DNA of 64,000 nt from an uncultured Gemmatimonadales bacterium (GCA_963728915.1 CAVSLV010000001.1:896001-960000); one strand, 5' to 3'; positions 28,922 through 41,521 are shown, numbered from the stretch's first letter. The notes: generated from the letters alone by a model not told the origin. Made by a program: numbers and translations.

Positions 28922-30546
28922 CGGGCGAGTCGGCGGACGGGCGGAGGGGCGGAGGGGCCGACCGGCGGGCCGGCGGAAAGGCGGATCGGCGGACCGCCGC
29001 TCCGCCGGTCGGCAGCATCCGAGTACTCGAAGGCTCTGAACTCCCCCCGGATCCGCTCGAGATAGCGGGTCGCGGCAGGTTCGATTCGCTTGAGTACAGG
29101 ATTCGGATAAAGCCCCAGCCAGACGATGCCGACCAGGATCGGCACCAGCACGATCAGCTCACGCCGGGTCAGGTCCTTCACTCCTGCATTTTCCGGCTCG
29201 ACCCGCTGATAGATCATCCGTTGCAGCGCCCAGAGCAGATATCCCGCCGCGAAAATGACGCCGGTGACCGCGAAAAAGACCGCGAGGGGTTCGGTCCGAA
29301 GGCTGCCGAGCAGGACCAGAAACTCGCCCACGAACCCGTTGAGCCCGGGAAGCCCGATGCTGGAGAGCGCCACGACCGTGAGCACCAGACTGAACAACGG
29401 AATCACCCGGGCAAGTCCTCCGAAGGCGGCGATCTCCCTGGTATGCCGACGCTCGTAGAGCATGCCGACCAGGAAGAACAACGCCCCGGTCGAGAATCCG
29501 TGGGCGATCATCACCATCACGGCGCCCTGGATGCTCTGGAGGGTGGCGCCCCAGATCCCGAGCATGACGAAACCGAGGTGGCTCACCGAGGAGTAGGCCA
29601 CCAGCTTCTTGATGTCGGTCTGCACCATCGCGACCAGAGCGCCGTAGAGAATGCCGATCACGGAAAGCACCAGCACCACGTTGGCGATGGGCCGCGCGCC
29701 GGCCACCAGAGGGAAGAACGGCACCGCGAACCGGATGAACCCGTAGGCTCCCATCTTGAGCAGGACCCCGGCGAGGAGCACGCTCCCCGCGGTGGGGGCC
29801 TCCACATGGGCATCGGGAAGCCAGGTGTGGAACGGGAAGACCGGCACCTTGATGGCGAATGCCAGGGCGAAGGCTCCGAAGAACCAGGGGGCGAGCTCGC
29901 CGGCCGCTCCGGCGTTGTCCAGGAGATGCTGGTACGCGAACGACAGGGTCCCGGTGCGCGCCGCGACCAGCCAGGCAAAGCCGACGATGGCCACCAGCAT
30001 GAGCAACGAGCCGGCCATGGTGTAGAGAAAGAACTTGATGGCGGCGTAGAGCCGGTTCTTGCCGCCCCACATCCCGATGATGAAGTACATCGGGATGAGC
30101 ATCACTTCCCAGAACACGTAGAACAGGAAGAGGTCGGTGGCGATGAACACGCCGATGACGCCGGTGAGCAGCACCAGCAGAAGCGCGTAGTACCCCCGCT
30201 CCCGCACGGTGATGTAGTTCCAGCTTCCGATCACGCACAGCGGCATGAGGAAGGTGGTGAGCAACACCATCATCACCGAGATGCCGTCGATGCCGACCGC
30301 GTAGCTGATGCCCCAGGCCGGAATCCAGGGGAGGCTGGTCCCGAGCTGGAGGGTGCCGGGCTGGGTATCGACCGCCCACCACAAGCCGATCGACAGAGCA
30401 AACTCGAGCAGGGTGAAGACCAGGGCGGTTCGTTTGGCGGCGGCCCGCGGGGTCGCCATGACGGCCGCCGCGCCGATCAGAGGCACGATCAGGAGCGCGT
30501 GCAGGATCCAGTGGGAATATCCCACGCCGTTCAGCAGATCACTCAT
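28918..30546 (-). CDS. nuoM: NADH-quinone oxidoreductase subunit M with a repeat-derived C-terminal tail
   Basis: FWEVMLIPM, HTWLPDAHVEAPT, KKLVAYSSVSH, GFVGE. Confidence 0.96.
   Translation of the reverse strand: MSDLLNGVGYSHWILHALLIVPLIGAAAVMATPRAAAKRTALVFTLLEFALSIGLWWAVDTQPGTLQLGTSLPWIPAWGISYAVGIDGISVMMVLLTTFLMPLCVIGSWNYITVRERGYYALLLVLLTGVIGVFIATDLFLFYVFWEVMLIPMYFIIGMWGGKNRLYAAIKFFLYTMAGSLLMLVAIVGFAWLVAARTGTLSFAYQHLLDNAGAAGELAPWFFGAFALAFAIKVPVFPFHTWLPDAHVEAPTAGSVLLAGVLLKMGAYGFIRFAVPFFPLVAGARPIANVVLVLSVIGILYGALVAMVQTDIKKLVAYSSVSHLGFVMLGIWGATLQSIQGAVMVMIAHGFSTGALFFLVGMLYERRHTREIAAFGGLARVIPLFSLVLTVVALSSIGLPGLNGFVGEFLVLLGSLRTEPLAVFFAVTGVIFAAGYLLWALQRMIYQRVEPENAGVKDLTRRELIVLVPILVGIVWLGLYPNPVLKRIEPAATRYLERIRGEFRAFEYSDAADRRSGGPPIRLSAGPPVGPSAPPPVRRLAR
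28932..29014. repeat. Octamer array (8 units) plus 2 inverted units inside the nuoM 3' end
   Basis: Plus strand reads ggcggacg ggcggagg ggcggagg ggccgacc ggcgggcc ggcggaaa ggcggatc ggcggacc, then gctccgcc ggtcggca (inverted). Confidence 0.88.
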
Positions 30547-30549
30547 GCG

Positions 30550-32577
30550 CTACCCCAGCACGGTGCGAATCAGCCAGACGGCGCCGATCAGGAAAATGAC
30601 GATGTAGATGCCGACCGACCCCGATTGCAGCCGGCTCCCCAGCCAGCCCAGGCCTCGGGCGAGGGCGGCGGAGCCTTTGGCGCCGGCCCCGTCGATCACT
30701 CCCTGATCCACTCCCTTCCAGAGCACCCAGCGGGAGAGGGCCACGAGCGGGCGAACGATGGCGGCATCGTAGATCTCGTCGACGTAGTACTTCCGGTACA
30801 GCACCTTGGCGAATCCGGTTTCGGCGGGGGCCTCTCGGGCCACAGGAATCGGCCGTCGCATGGTCCACCGCCAACCCATGAACAAACCAATGGCGCCAAT
30901 GGCGATCGCCCCACCGATGAGAAGGACTTCAGTCGTTCCATGTGGGAAAGTGACGGGAACCTTTGCCACCGCGCTGGCAAAGACCGGTTCCAGCCAGTGT
31001 TCCAGCGCCGAATGGCCCCCCACAAAACTCGGCAGGTTCAAGAGCCCGCCAAACGCGCTGAGCACACCAAGCACGACCAGGGGTCCGGTCATGGTCCAGG
31101 GGGCTTCGTGCAAGTGCGGCCGTTCGGCTTCTCCGGTGCGGTTCTCGCCCAGGAAGGTCATGGCGAGGAGCCGCATCATGTAGAACGCGGTGAGCAGGGC
31201 CGCCAGGAGCCCCATGGCCCAGAACAGCTTCCAGATCGGCGCCGTGGCTCCCCGGCCGAAGGCCGCGGCGAGGATCTCGTCCTTGGAGAAAAATCCCGAG
31301 AGCGGGGGAATCCCGGCAATCGCCAGCGTGGCGATCAACATCAGGGCGAAGGTCCAGGGCATATGGCGGCGTAACCCGCCCATGTTGCGCATGTCCTGGG
31401 CGTCTTCGTGGGAATGGGTCGCATGGTAGGCGTGGTGCATCGCGTAGATGACGCTGCCCGAGCCCAGGAACAGCAGCGCCTTGAAGAACGCATGGGTGGC
31501 GAGGTGAAATATCCCGGCCACGTAGGCGCCGGTCCCCACCGCGAGGAACATGTAGCCGAGCTGCGAGATGGTCGAATAGGCGAGCACCCGCTTGATATCG
31601 TACTGGCGCAGCCCGATCGATGCCGCGTACAGCGCGGTCAGGGCGCCGATCCCCGCCACCACCGCCGCCGAGGTGGGCGCCATCGCAAAGAGAAAATTCG
31701 TCCGTGCCACCAGGTACACTCCCGCGGTGACCATGGTCGCGGCGTGAATCAGCGCCGATACGGGCGTGGGGCCTGCCATGGCATCGGGAAGCCAGGTGTA
31801 GAGCGGAATCTGGGCCGATTTGCCGGTGCAGCCGAGGAACAGGAGCAGCGTGAGCAGGGTCACGATGAAGCCGCCGGAATGGAGGCGCTGGTCGGCGAGC
31901 CCCTGCATGAGGTTGAAATCGAGGGTCTTGAGGTTCCAGAACAGAATGAACATCGCCAGCAGCACGCCGGCGTCCCCGATCCGGTTCACCAGGAACGCCT
32001 TCTTGCCGGCGTCGGCGTTCACCTTGTCGGAGTACCAGAAGCCGATCAGCAGGTAGGAGCAGAGTCCCACGCCCTCCCAGCCGATGAACGCGACCGGCAG
32101 GTTGGAGCCCAGCACCAGCACCAGCATGAACGCGACGAACAGGTTGAGATAGGCGAAGAACCGGGCGTAGCCGGGATCGTCGCTCATATAGCCGACACTG
32201 TAGAGGTGAATCAGGCTCCCCACCCCGGTTACGATCAGCAGCATGACGGTGGAGAGCTGGTCCACGTGGAAGGCCATGGCGATCTGAAGTGAGCCGACGC
32301 TGATCCAGTCCCACAACGTCACGACGATGCCGGCCTCGGGCGGAGTCTTCCGCACCTCGGCGAAGACCGCGATGGCCACGACGAAAGCAGCCAGCACCAC
32401 TCCGCATCCCACGATGGAGACGGTGCGCCGGGCGGTGGGCCGCAGAAACACCAGGGCGCCGTTCACCAGGAAGCCGACCAGGGGAAGCAGGACGGCGAGC
32501 CAGACCCAGCGGACCGCGCCGGTGGCGACCGGCGGCCCCACCGCCACGGCAAGCGCGTCGAGCGCGGGAACGGGCAT
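30550..32577 (-). CDS. nuoL: NADH-quinone oxidoreductase subunit L
   Basis: GWEGVG, KSAQIPL.TWLPDAMAGPTPVSALIHAATM, HAFFKALLFL. Confidence 0.97.
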   Translation of the reverse strand: MPVPALDALAVAVGPPVATGAVRWVWLAVLLPLVGFLVNGALVFLRPTARRTVSIVGCGVVLAAFVVAIAVFAEVRKTPPEAGIVVTLWDWISVGSLQIAMAFHVDQLSTVMLLIVTGVGSLIHLYSVGYMSDDPGYARFFAYLNLFVAFMLVLVLGSNLPVAFIGWEGVGLCSYLLIGFWYSDKVNADAGKKAFLVNRIGDAGVLLAMFILFWNLKTLDFNLMQGLADQRLHSGGFIVTLLTLLLFLGCTGKSAQIPLYTWLPDAMAGPTPVSALIHAATMVTAGVYLVARTNFLFAMAPTSAAVVAGIGALTALYAASIGLRQYDIKRVLAYSTISQLGYMFLAVGTGAYVAGIFHLATHAFFKALLFLGSGSVIYAMHHAYHATHSHEDAQDMRNMGGLRRHMPWTFALMLIATLAIAGIPPLSGFFSKDEILAAAFGRGATAPIWKLFWAMGLLAALLTAFYMMRLLAMTFLGENRTGEAERPHLHEAPWTMTGPLVVLGVLSAFGGLLNLPSFVGGHSALEHWLEPVFASAVAKVPVTFPHGTTEVLLIGGAIAIGAIGLFMGWRWTMRRPIPVAREAPAETGFAKVLYRKYYVDEIYDAAIVRPLVALSRWVLWKGVDQGVIDGAGAKGSAALARGLGWLGSRLQSGSVGIYIVIFLIGAVWLIRTVLG

Positions 32578-32873
32578 CAGCCTCGCAGCAGGTTGATGTT
32601 CTTGAGGTCGACCGACCGGGTGTGCCGGAAGATCGCCAGAATGATCGCGAGTCCCACCGCGGCTTCCGCAGCCGCCACCGTCATGGAGAAGAACACGATC
32701 ACCTGACCGGCGAGTCCCAGCACCTGGGAAAACGCCACAAAACTCAGGTTCACGGCATTGAGCATCAGCTCAATGCACATGAACAGCACGATGGCATTGC
32801 GGCGGAGCAGAACGCCGGCCACGCCGATGGTGAACAACAGCGCCGACAGGAGGAGAGCGGGACCGAGCAGCAT
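32577..32873 (-). CDS. nuoK: NADH-quinone oxidoreductase subunit K
   Basis: [20 protein letters not shown]. Confidence 0.97.
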   Translation of the reverse strand: MLLGPALLLSALLFTIGVAGVLLRRNAIVLFMCIELMLNAVNLSFVAFSQVLGLAGQVIVFFSMTVAAAEAAVGLAIILAIFRHTRSVDLKNINLLRG

Positions 32874-32875
32874 GG

Positions 32876-33436
32876 TCAGAGTCTCCGTTTCGCCAGCACG
32901 ACCGCGCCGACCGCTGCCGCGAGCAGCAGGATGGAAGTGATCTCGAACGGGATGAGATAGGTCTGGAACAAGGGCCGGGCGATCGCGCCCACCACTCCTT
33001 CACTGGCCGGGGCGACCTGGGCGGCCACCCCGGCGGGAAACGCCTCGATCGGGCTCCCCGCTCCCCCGCCCCCGCCGCTCATCGCGGCCAGGCTCCCGGG
33101 GCTCACCCGTGAAAGCAGGAACAGCTCCCCCAAGAGCAGCGCGCCGATGCCCACGGCGGCGACCCGGCCACCCGGCCCGCGCAGGTCGCTCGCCTCGCGA
33201 CCAACGTGGAGCAGCATGATCACGAACAGGAAGAGCACCATGACCGCCCCGGCATAGACCAGGACCTGGATCGCGGCGATGAACTGGGCGTTGAGGAGCA
33301 CGAAGATCCCGGCCAGCGCGAACATGGTGGACACGAGCCACAGGGCCGAAACCACCGGATTCTTCTGGGTAATGCACAGGAGAGCGGAACCCACCGCCGC
33401 CACCGCCAGCACCATGAAGACCGTATGGGCGGTCAT
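32876..33436 (-). CDS. nuoJ: NADH-quinone oxidoreductase subunit J
   Basis: [25 protein letters not shown]. Confidence 0.96.
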   Translation of the reverse strand: MTAHTVFMVLAVAAVGSALLCITQKNPVVSALWLVSTMFALAGIFVLLNAQFIAAIQVLVYAGAVMVLFLFVIMLLHVGREASDLRGPGGRVAAVGIGALLLGELFLLSRVSPGSLAAMSGGGGGAGSPIEAFPAGVAAQVAPASEGVVGAIARPLFQTYLIPFEITSILLLAAAVGAVVLAKRRL

Positions 33437-33955
33437 CTACTCGCCCCGGGGATCGCTGGGATCCCACAAGGTGGAGACGGGATGGACCTGGGAGCCGAGC
33501 CGTTCGAGATCGTACACGAACCGGTCCCGACTGTACTCCGAATTCTCGTAGTGGACCCCGACGTGAATGGCCTCCTCGGGGCAGACCTCCTGGCAGTAGC
33601 CGCAGAAGATGCAGCGGAACTCGTCGATCTCGTAGATCAGCGGGTAGCGGTGGCCCTGGGCATCCTCCCCGGGAACCAGCTTGATGCAATTGGCGGGACA
33701 GATCTGCGGGCATAACCCGCAGGCGACGCACTTGGTCCGCCCCTGCTCGTCCGACATCATCCGGTGGGTGCCTCGCCAGCGGGGGGAAACCGCGTACCGG
33801 CCCCGCTCGTCCGCGGTGCTCTTTTCCTCCGGGTACTGCATCGTCACCTTGGGCTGGAGCATATGCTTGAAGGTCAGCGCCATCCCCTTGAGCGCGGCCC
33901 GGACGTAGCTCACCTGCCGCTCCGGCCGCTCGAGGACCTTGACCCCGATCGCCAT
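33437..33955 (-). CDS. nuoI: NADH-quinone oxidoreductase subunit I
   Basis: TMQYPEE and two CxxCxxCxxxCP motifs. Confidence 0.96.
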   Translation of the reverse strand: MAIGVKVLERPERQVSYVRAALKGMALTFKHMLQPKVTMQYPEEKSTADERGRYAVSPRWRGTHRMMSDEQGRTKCVACGLCPQICPANCIKLVPGEDAQGHRYPLIYEIDEFRCIFCGYCQEVCPEEAIHVGVHYENSEYSRDRFVYDLERLGSQVHPVSTLWDPSDPRGE

Positions 33956-35183
33956 CAGGACGCTCCTGTCGGGGATTGGGTGGGCCCGGCGACCCCCGGT
34001 GACCGGTAGGAGCCCCGCACCAGGAAGCCCCGATCGAGCACGAAGAACACCAGGTAGCCCAGGATCACGTTGAGTCCGAACAGGGCCAGCATCGCGAGCC
34101 GCGGACCCAGGCCAAGCCCGCGCTCCACCAGCCAGATCGCCACCGCCATCACCATCACGTAGAGCAGCGCAATCGGAAGCATGACCTTCCACCCCAGCGC
34201 CATCAGCTGGTCGTACCGGAACCGCGGCAGGGTCCACCGCACCCACATGAACAGGAACAGGAAGAACAGCACCTTGAGGAACATGACCCCGGCGGTAATC
34301 AGGGTTCGGGCCACACTCGGCGTGGCGGAAAGGCCGGGCAGGTCCCAGCCGCCGAAGAACAGGCTCACCACCACCGCCGAGACGGTGGCCATGTTCGCAT
34401 ACTCCGCAATCGGAAACATCGAAAACTTCATCGCGCTGTACTCGGTGTGATACCCGGCAATCAGCTCCGACTCGGCCTCCGGCAGATCGAACGGCAGCCG
34501 GTTGGTCTCGGCGAACCCCGCGACCAGGAAGACAAAGCAGGAGATGAATGCCGGGAGTACGAACCAGAGGCTCCGCTGCTGCGCCTGGATGATCTGTGCG
34601 AAAGTGACATTCCCGGCGAGAAGGAGCACCGGAATGAGGCTCAAGCCCAGGGAGACTTCGTACGAAACCATCTGGGCGCTGGAGCGAAGGCCCCCGAGCA
34701 GGGAGTATTTGTTGTTGGAGGCCCACCCCGCCAGGGCGATTCCGTACACCCCGAGCGAGCTGACGGCCAGAACGAACAGAAACCCGACCGGGAGATCGAG
34801 CACTGCCATGGAGAGCAGTCCGTGGTAGCTCACCTGCCCGATCAGGGGCAGTCGGGCCTCCAGGTTCACCGGAAGGGGAGCGGCCCAGGGGATCACCCCC
34901 GATAGCAGCGCGGCCGGAATGAAGGCCATCATCGGCGCGAGCGTGAAGATCAACGGATTCGCCGAGGACGGGAACGTTTCCTCCTTGGCGATGTTCTTGA
35001 GCCCGTCCGCGGCGGGCTGCAGCAGCCCGGCCCAGCCGACCCGGTTGGGGCCTCGGCGGTTCTGCATCCAGGCGCTGACCTTGCGCTCCATGAGCGTGAG
35101 AAGGGCCACGCCGATCAAGACCACCGTGAACACCACCAGCATCTTGAGAATGCTGAGGAGGAGAAACCCCTTCTCTTCCGCGG

Positions 35184-35187
<4 letters not shown>
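33955..35187 (-). CDS. nuoH: NADH-quinone oxidoreductase subunit H
   Basis: ERKV, RRGPNRVG, ETNRLPFDLPEAESEL, PRFRYDQLM. Confidence 0.97.
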
Positions 35188-36756
<1,569 letters not shown>

Positions 36757-36764
<8 letters not shown>

Positions 36765-38064
36765 GGGCACCCGCCATCGCGCGGCTGCGCTTCAGGTAGG
36801 CGTCGAATTCACCACGGAATTTCTTGATGCCGCTCACGATCGGCGCGGCGCAGCTGTCGGAGAGCACGCAGATCGTCTTACCGGTCATCTGCTCGGACAG
36901 CTCGAGCAGCAGGTCGAGGTCCTCCGGCTTCCCTTCCCCGTTCAGCATCCGCTCCAGGATGCGGGTGGTCCAGGCGGTGCCTTCCCGGCACTGGGTGCAC
37001 TGGGCGCAGCTCTCGTGGGCGTAGAACTTGGCCAGCCGGAACACCTCGTACACGATGTCGGCGGTGTCGTCCATCACGATGAACCCGGCCGAGCCGAGCA
37101 TCGACCCCTTCTCGGCGATGCCCTCGTAATCGCAGAGCGCGGCTTCGGCCTCGTCCCTGGTCATGATAGGAACCGAAGACCCTCCGGGGATCACCGCCTT
37201 GAGGGTACGGCCGGGACGGAGCCCTCCGGCCATCTCATAGATGAGCTCCTTCATCGGGAAGCCCATCGTCACTTCGTAGTTTCCCGGCTTGAGGACGTGA
37301 CCGCAGACCGAAAAGAGCTTGGTCCCGGTGCTCTTGGGGTTGGAGAGGCAGAGGCCCTTGTACCAGGCCGCCCCGCGGGTGAGGATGTGGGGCACCGCGG
37401 CGAGGGTCTCCACGTTGTTGATCGTGGTCGGCATGCCGAACACCCCGGAGGCCGCGGGAAACGGCGGCTTGATCCGGGGATTGCCGCGCTTTCCCTCCAG
37501 CGAGTTCATCAGGGCCGTTTCTTCGCCGCAGATATAGGCCCCGGCGCCCCGATGAAGCACCATATCGATCCGCCGCCCGGACCCGAGCGCGTTCGGGCCG
37601 AGTACCCCCTGGGCGTACCCTTCGGCGACCGCCTGCTCCATGATCGTGAGCGGCTCGGTGAATTCGCCCCGGATGTAGATGTAGCAGGTCTCGGCGCCGA
37701 TCGCATAACACGCGATGGCGCAGCCCTCGATCAGCGCATGGGGCGTCCACCGCATGATCTCCCGGTCCTTGAAGGTCCCCGGCTCCGATTCGTCGGCGTT
37801 GCAGCAGAGGTAATGGGGTTTGCCGTCCGCCTTGGGCATGAAGCTCCACTTGAGCCCGGTCGGAAATCCCGCCCCACCCCGGCCCCGGAGACCCGACGCC
37901 TTCACTTCCTCGATGATCGCCTCCGGGGTCATCCCCAGGGCCTTCCGGAGCCCCTGGTATCCTCCCCGCTCGGTCCAGCCGGCGTAGGTCCGGGCGGCCG
38001 CGTCGCCAAAGTAGTGCGAAAGCACCACGGTTTCTTTCGGGTGGGGCGGATGGGGATAGCCCAT
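36757..38064 (-). CDS. nuoF: NADH-quinone oxidoreductase subunit F
   Basis: LRGRGGAGF, NADESEPG, GAGAYICGEET, ESCAQCTQCR. Confidence 0.97.
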
Positions 38065-38582
38065 CAGCGATAGCCCGCGAGAATGCCGGCGACCCGCTCC
38101 GGGGTCACCGACTCGACGAAGTCGTTGTCGATCAGTACCGGCGTCGGGAACCCGCAGGCGCCCAGACATTCGACTTCCTGCACCGTGAATCGCCCATCGG
38201 GACTGGTCGCCCCAAGCTCGCCGCAGCCGGTCTCCTTGAGCAGCGCCTTCACGACGTCCGCCGAACCACAGAGATGACACGGCGTGGTGGTGCAGACCTG
38301 GATGAAGTGCCGCCCTACCGGGTGGGTGTGGTACATGGTGTAGAACGTCACCACGCCGCGCACGTAGGCTGGCGTGAGGCCAAGCACCTCCGCCACCTCC
38401 GCCATGGCGGCGGGCGAGATCCAGCCCCGTTCTTCCTGCACGATCCAGAGCGCCGGAAGGAGGCACGCCGGTCTGGTCGGGTACTTGGGGAAGAGGGCCT
38501 CGAGCCGCTGTTTCGCCGCGCCGACCAAGACCGGCTGGTGAGCCTCGGAGGCCACGGCGTGCGGCTGGGAGGGCTGGCTCAT
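38064..38582 (-). CDS. nuoE: NADH-quinone oxidoreductase subunit E
   Basis: VVTFY, CTTTPC, ECLGAC. Confidence 0.95.
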   Translation of the reverse strand: MSQPSQPHAVASEAHQPVLVGAAKQRLEALFPKYPTRPACLLPALWIVQEERGWISPAAMAEVAEVLGLTPAYVRGVVTFYTMYHTHPVGRHFIQVCTTTPCHLCGSADVVKALLKETGCGELGATSPDGRFTVQEVECLGACGFPTPVLIDNDFVESVTPERVAGILAGYR

Positions 38583-39859
38583 CGATCGATCTCTCCCATC
38601 ACGATATCGATGCTCGCGTTGATGGCGATGACGTCCGATAACAGGGCGCCCTCGCAGAGACGCGGCAGGCACGCCAGGTTGATGAACGAAGGCGGCCGGA
38701 TCCGCCAGCGAACCGGCTTGGCGGTGCCGTCGGCGACGAAATAGGTGCCCAATTCGCCTTTGGGATTCTCGATCCCAAGGTACGCTTCGCCGGGCGGGGC
38801 GGGAACCCCTTCCATCACCTGCTTGAAGTGGAAGATCATCGCCTCCATGTCGCTCATCGCGCGCGACTTGGGAGGCAGGATGACCCGCGGGTCGGAAACG
38901 TTGACCGGGGCGCCATCCAGGAGGAGCAACCGGTCCAGCGCCTGCTGAAGAATCCGGGTGGACTGATACATCTCCTCCAGCCGGACCCGATACCGGTCGT
39001 ACACGTCCCCATGGACACCGATCGGCACATCGAAGTTGTAGGTCTCGTAGTCCAGGTACGGCTTGTCCTTGCGAACGTCGTAGGCCACTCCGCTGGCTCG
39101 CAGCATCGGACCGGAGAGCGAGTAGTTGATCGCCTCCTCCCGGCCGATGGCTCCCACGCCCTGGGTGCGGCCGCACCAGATGGCGTTCCTGGTAAAGATG
39201 GTGTCGACTTCGTCGAGCGTCTTCGGAAAATTGTTGAGGAACGTGCGGAGCTGATCGGTCCAGCCGGCCGGGACATCCGCCATCATCCCGCCTACCCGGG
39301 TCACGCTGGGAGTGAGCCGGGCCCCGGTCCACGCCTCCTGGAGATTGTAGACCCGTTCCCGCTCGTAGAAGGTCCACAGGAACGGCGTGTAGGCTCCCAG
39401 GTCGATCGCGGTGGTTCCCATCCACACCAGGTGGGAGATGATCCGGGAGAGCTCGCAGGCGATCACCCGGAGCACCGTGCACCGCTCGGTGATCGTGATC
39501 CCCATCAGCTTCTCGGCGCACAGCGCCAGGGCCACGTTGTTCGACATCGGAGACAGGTAGTCGGTCCGGTCGGTCAGCGGGATGATCTGGTTGTAGTGCC
39601 GGTATTCGCCCAGCTTCTCGAAGCCGCTGTGCAGATAGCCCACGTGGGGAATGCACCGCACGACCCGCTCTCCCTCGAGCTCCAGCACCAGACGCAGCAC
39701 CCCGTGGGTCGCCGGGTGCTGGGGGCCCAGGTTGATGAGCATCCGCTCGGCGAACTCGTCACTCCCCGGCTCCGCGACCCCAAGGGGGGTCCGTAGCGGC
39801 CGCCCCTCGGGATCGAGCCCGGGGGTCGCCAGATTCCATTCCACGGTTCTGCTGCTCAT
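38579..39859 (-). CDS. nuoD: NADH-quinone oxidoreductase subunit D
   Basis: NLGPQHPATHGVLR, GYLH, ENPKGE, MGEIDR. Confidence 0.97.
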   Translation of the reverse strand: MSSRTVEWNLATPGLDPEGRPLRTPLGVAEPGSDEFAERMLINLGPQHPATHGVLRLVLELEGERVVRCIPHVGYLHSGFEKLGEYRHYNQIIPLTDRTDYLSPMSNNVALALCAEKLMGITITERCTVLRVIACELSRIISHLVWMGTTAIDLGAYTPFLWTFYERERVYNLQEAWTGARLTPSVTRVGGMMADVPAGWTDQLRTFLNNFPKTLDEVDTIFTRNAIWCGRTQGVGAIGREEAINYSLSGPMLRASGVAYDVRKDKPYLDYETYNFDVPIGVHGDVYDRYRVRLEEMYQSTRILQQALDRLLLLDGAPVNVSDPRVILPPKSRAMSDMEAMIFHFKQVMEGVPAPPGEAYLGIENPKGELGTYFVADGTAKPVRWRIRPPSFINLACLPRLCEGALLSDVIAINASIDIVMGEIDR

Positions 39860-40497
39860 CGCACGTATCCTCGCTGCCCCTTGGCCAGACGCTCCCGCAC
39901 ATCGGCGGGAAGCTCGTCGTAGGCCTCCGCGAGACTCAGCTCCTCGAGGGAGTAGTGTGCCTCGGGATTCGCGGCCAGCGCCTGCCGAGTCTGCTCCGCC
40001 CGGGTAAAGTGCCCCCGAAGCGGAAAGTCCTTCCGCAAGGGATGTCCTTCCGCGTAGGTCTCCCACATCAGAATCCGGCGCAGATCGGGATGACCGCGAA
40101 ACCGGACGCCGAAGAGGTCGTAGACCTCCCGTTCCAGCCAGTTGGCGCCCTTCCAGAGGTCGCAGACCGAATCCACCTCGAGCGGCTGACCCTTGTCGAG
40201 CGGGATCTTCAGGCGGAGATCGGCCTTCCGCTCGAGCGAGCGGAGCTGGTAGACCACCTCGAGCGACAGCTCCGGATCGCGATAGTCCACCGCCGTGACA
40301 TCGACCAGGTACTCGAAGGACTGGCCCGGCTCGTCGCGCAGCCAGGCCAGCACCTCGTGGGCCCGGGAGGCCTCGACCTCGATGATTTCATCGCCACAAG
40401 ACGACCAGCGGCGGATAACTGCGGACCCGAAGCGCTGCCCGAGGACCGCGGCGGTCTGTCCGCCGGTCCGCCCTTCCGCCGGTCCGCCCGAAGTCAT
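39856..40497 (-). CDS. nuoC: NADH-quinone oxidoreductase subunit C
   Basis: [26 protein letters not shown]. Confidence 0.96.
   Translation of the reverse strand: MTSGGPAEGRTGGQTAAVLGQRFGSAVIRRWSSCGDEIIEVEASRAHEVLAWLRDEPGQSFEYLVDVTAVDYRDPELSLEVVYQLRSLERKADLRLKIPLDKGQPLEVDSVCDLWKGANWLEREVYDLFGVRFRGHPDLRRILMWETYAEGHPLRKDFPLRGHFTRAEQTRQALAANPEAHYSLEELSLAEAYDELPADVRERLAKGQRGYVR
40455..40490 (-). repeat. Octamer array, 4 units, in the nuoC 5' end
   Basis: Minus strand reads GGCGGACC GGCGGAAG GGCGGACC GGCGGACA. Confidence 0.88.
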
Positions 40498-41116
40498 GCC
40501 GACCTCGTCTGATGGACCGAGTTTCCGAACGGCTCCGAGAGCTCATCGACTTTTTCCGGGGGAGGAACAGTCCGGTTGCATCAACCAGCTGCTCTCGCCG
40601 GAGCGTGGGATCGGCCAGGGTCTCGCCCTTGATCTTCTTCTGGAGCAGCATGATGCCGTATATCAGGCCTTCGGGGCGGGGCGGACAGCCCGGCACGTAG
40701 ACATCCACCGGAACGACGGTGTCGATCCCCTGCACCATGGTGTAGGTGTCGAAGATGCCTCCACTCGACGCGCAGGCGCCCATGCTGATGCACCACTTGG
40801 GCTGGGGCATCTGGTCCCAGATCCGGCGGATCACGGGCGCCAGCTTGAAGGGAAGCCGGCCGGCGCAAATCAGCACGTCGGCCTGACGCGGCGAGAAGCT
40901 CATCCGCTCCATCCCGAACCGCGCCAGATCGAAGCGGCCGGCGGCGGTCGCCATGAACTCGATGGCGCAGCAGGCGGTGCCGAACGGCATGGGCCAGAGA
41001 GAATTCGCGCGGGCCCAATTGGCCAGAAAATCGAGCTTGGTGGTGATGAAGTTGGGCGAAACCCCGGCCACCTCCGCGGTCCGCCGTTCGCCCGGGTCGG
41101 GTCGGGTCAGCTCCAT
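40494..41116 (-). CDS. nuoB: NADH-quinone oxidoreductase subunit B, apparent single-base deletion at 40558-40562
   Basis: [20 protein letters not shown]. Adding one C gives ...[23 protein letters not shown] with an ATGA overlap onto nuoC. Confidence 0.93.
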
Positions 41117-41472
41117 TCCAGCCCCCCGCGTTTCCAGATGTACACATACCCGACGGCCAGGATCGCAATGAAGACGAACATCTCCAGGATCAGCAGCCCG
41201 CTCATTTCAGCGAGCTGGCGGAAGGCCACCGCCCAGGGAATCATGAAAACCACCTCGATGTCGAAGACGATGAAGAGCATCGCCACGAGGTAGAACTTGA
41301 CGGAGAAGCGCTCTCGGGCGTCTCCCAGCACGGGCATGCCGGATTCGTAGGGCGCGACCTTGACCGGGGTACGCCGGTAGGACGACAGCAGATGCGACAC
41401 CCCGAGCATCATGATCGCATTGGCGACCACGAAGGCAATCAGAACGAGGAGGGGGACGTAGGGTTGGAGCAT
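41107..41472 (-). CDS. nuoA: NADH-quinone oxidoreductase subunit A
   Basis: [27 protein letters not shown]. Confidence 0.97.
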   Translation of the reverse strand: MLQPYVPLLVLIAFVVANAIMMLGVSHLLSSYRRTPVKVAPYESGMPVLGDARERFSVKFYLVAMLFIVFDIEVVFMIPWAVAFRQLAEMSGLLILEMFVFIAILAVGYVYIWKRGGLEWS

Positions 41473-41492
41473 TGTGGATTCAAGCCCGCACA

Positions 41493-41521
41493 ATGGTAAA
41501 CGCGACCGGGCACGAGTTCAA
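41493..41521 (-). promoter_or_regulatory. Sigma70-type promoter of the nuo operon
   Basis: TTGAAC-N17-TACCAT. Confidence 0.6.
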
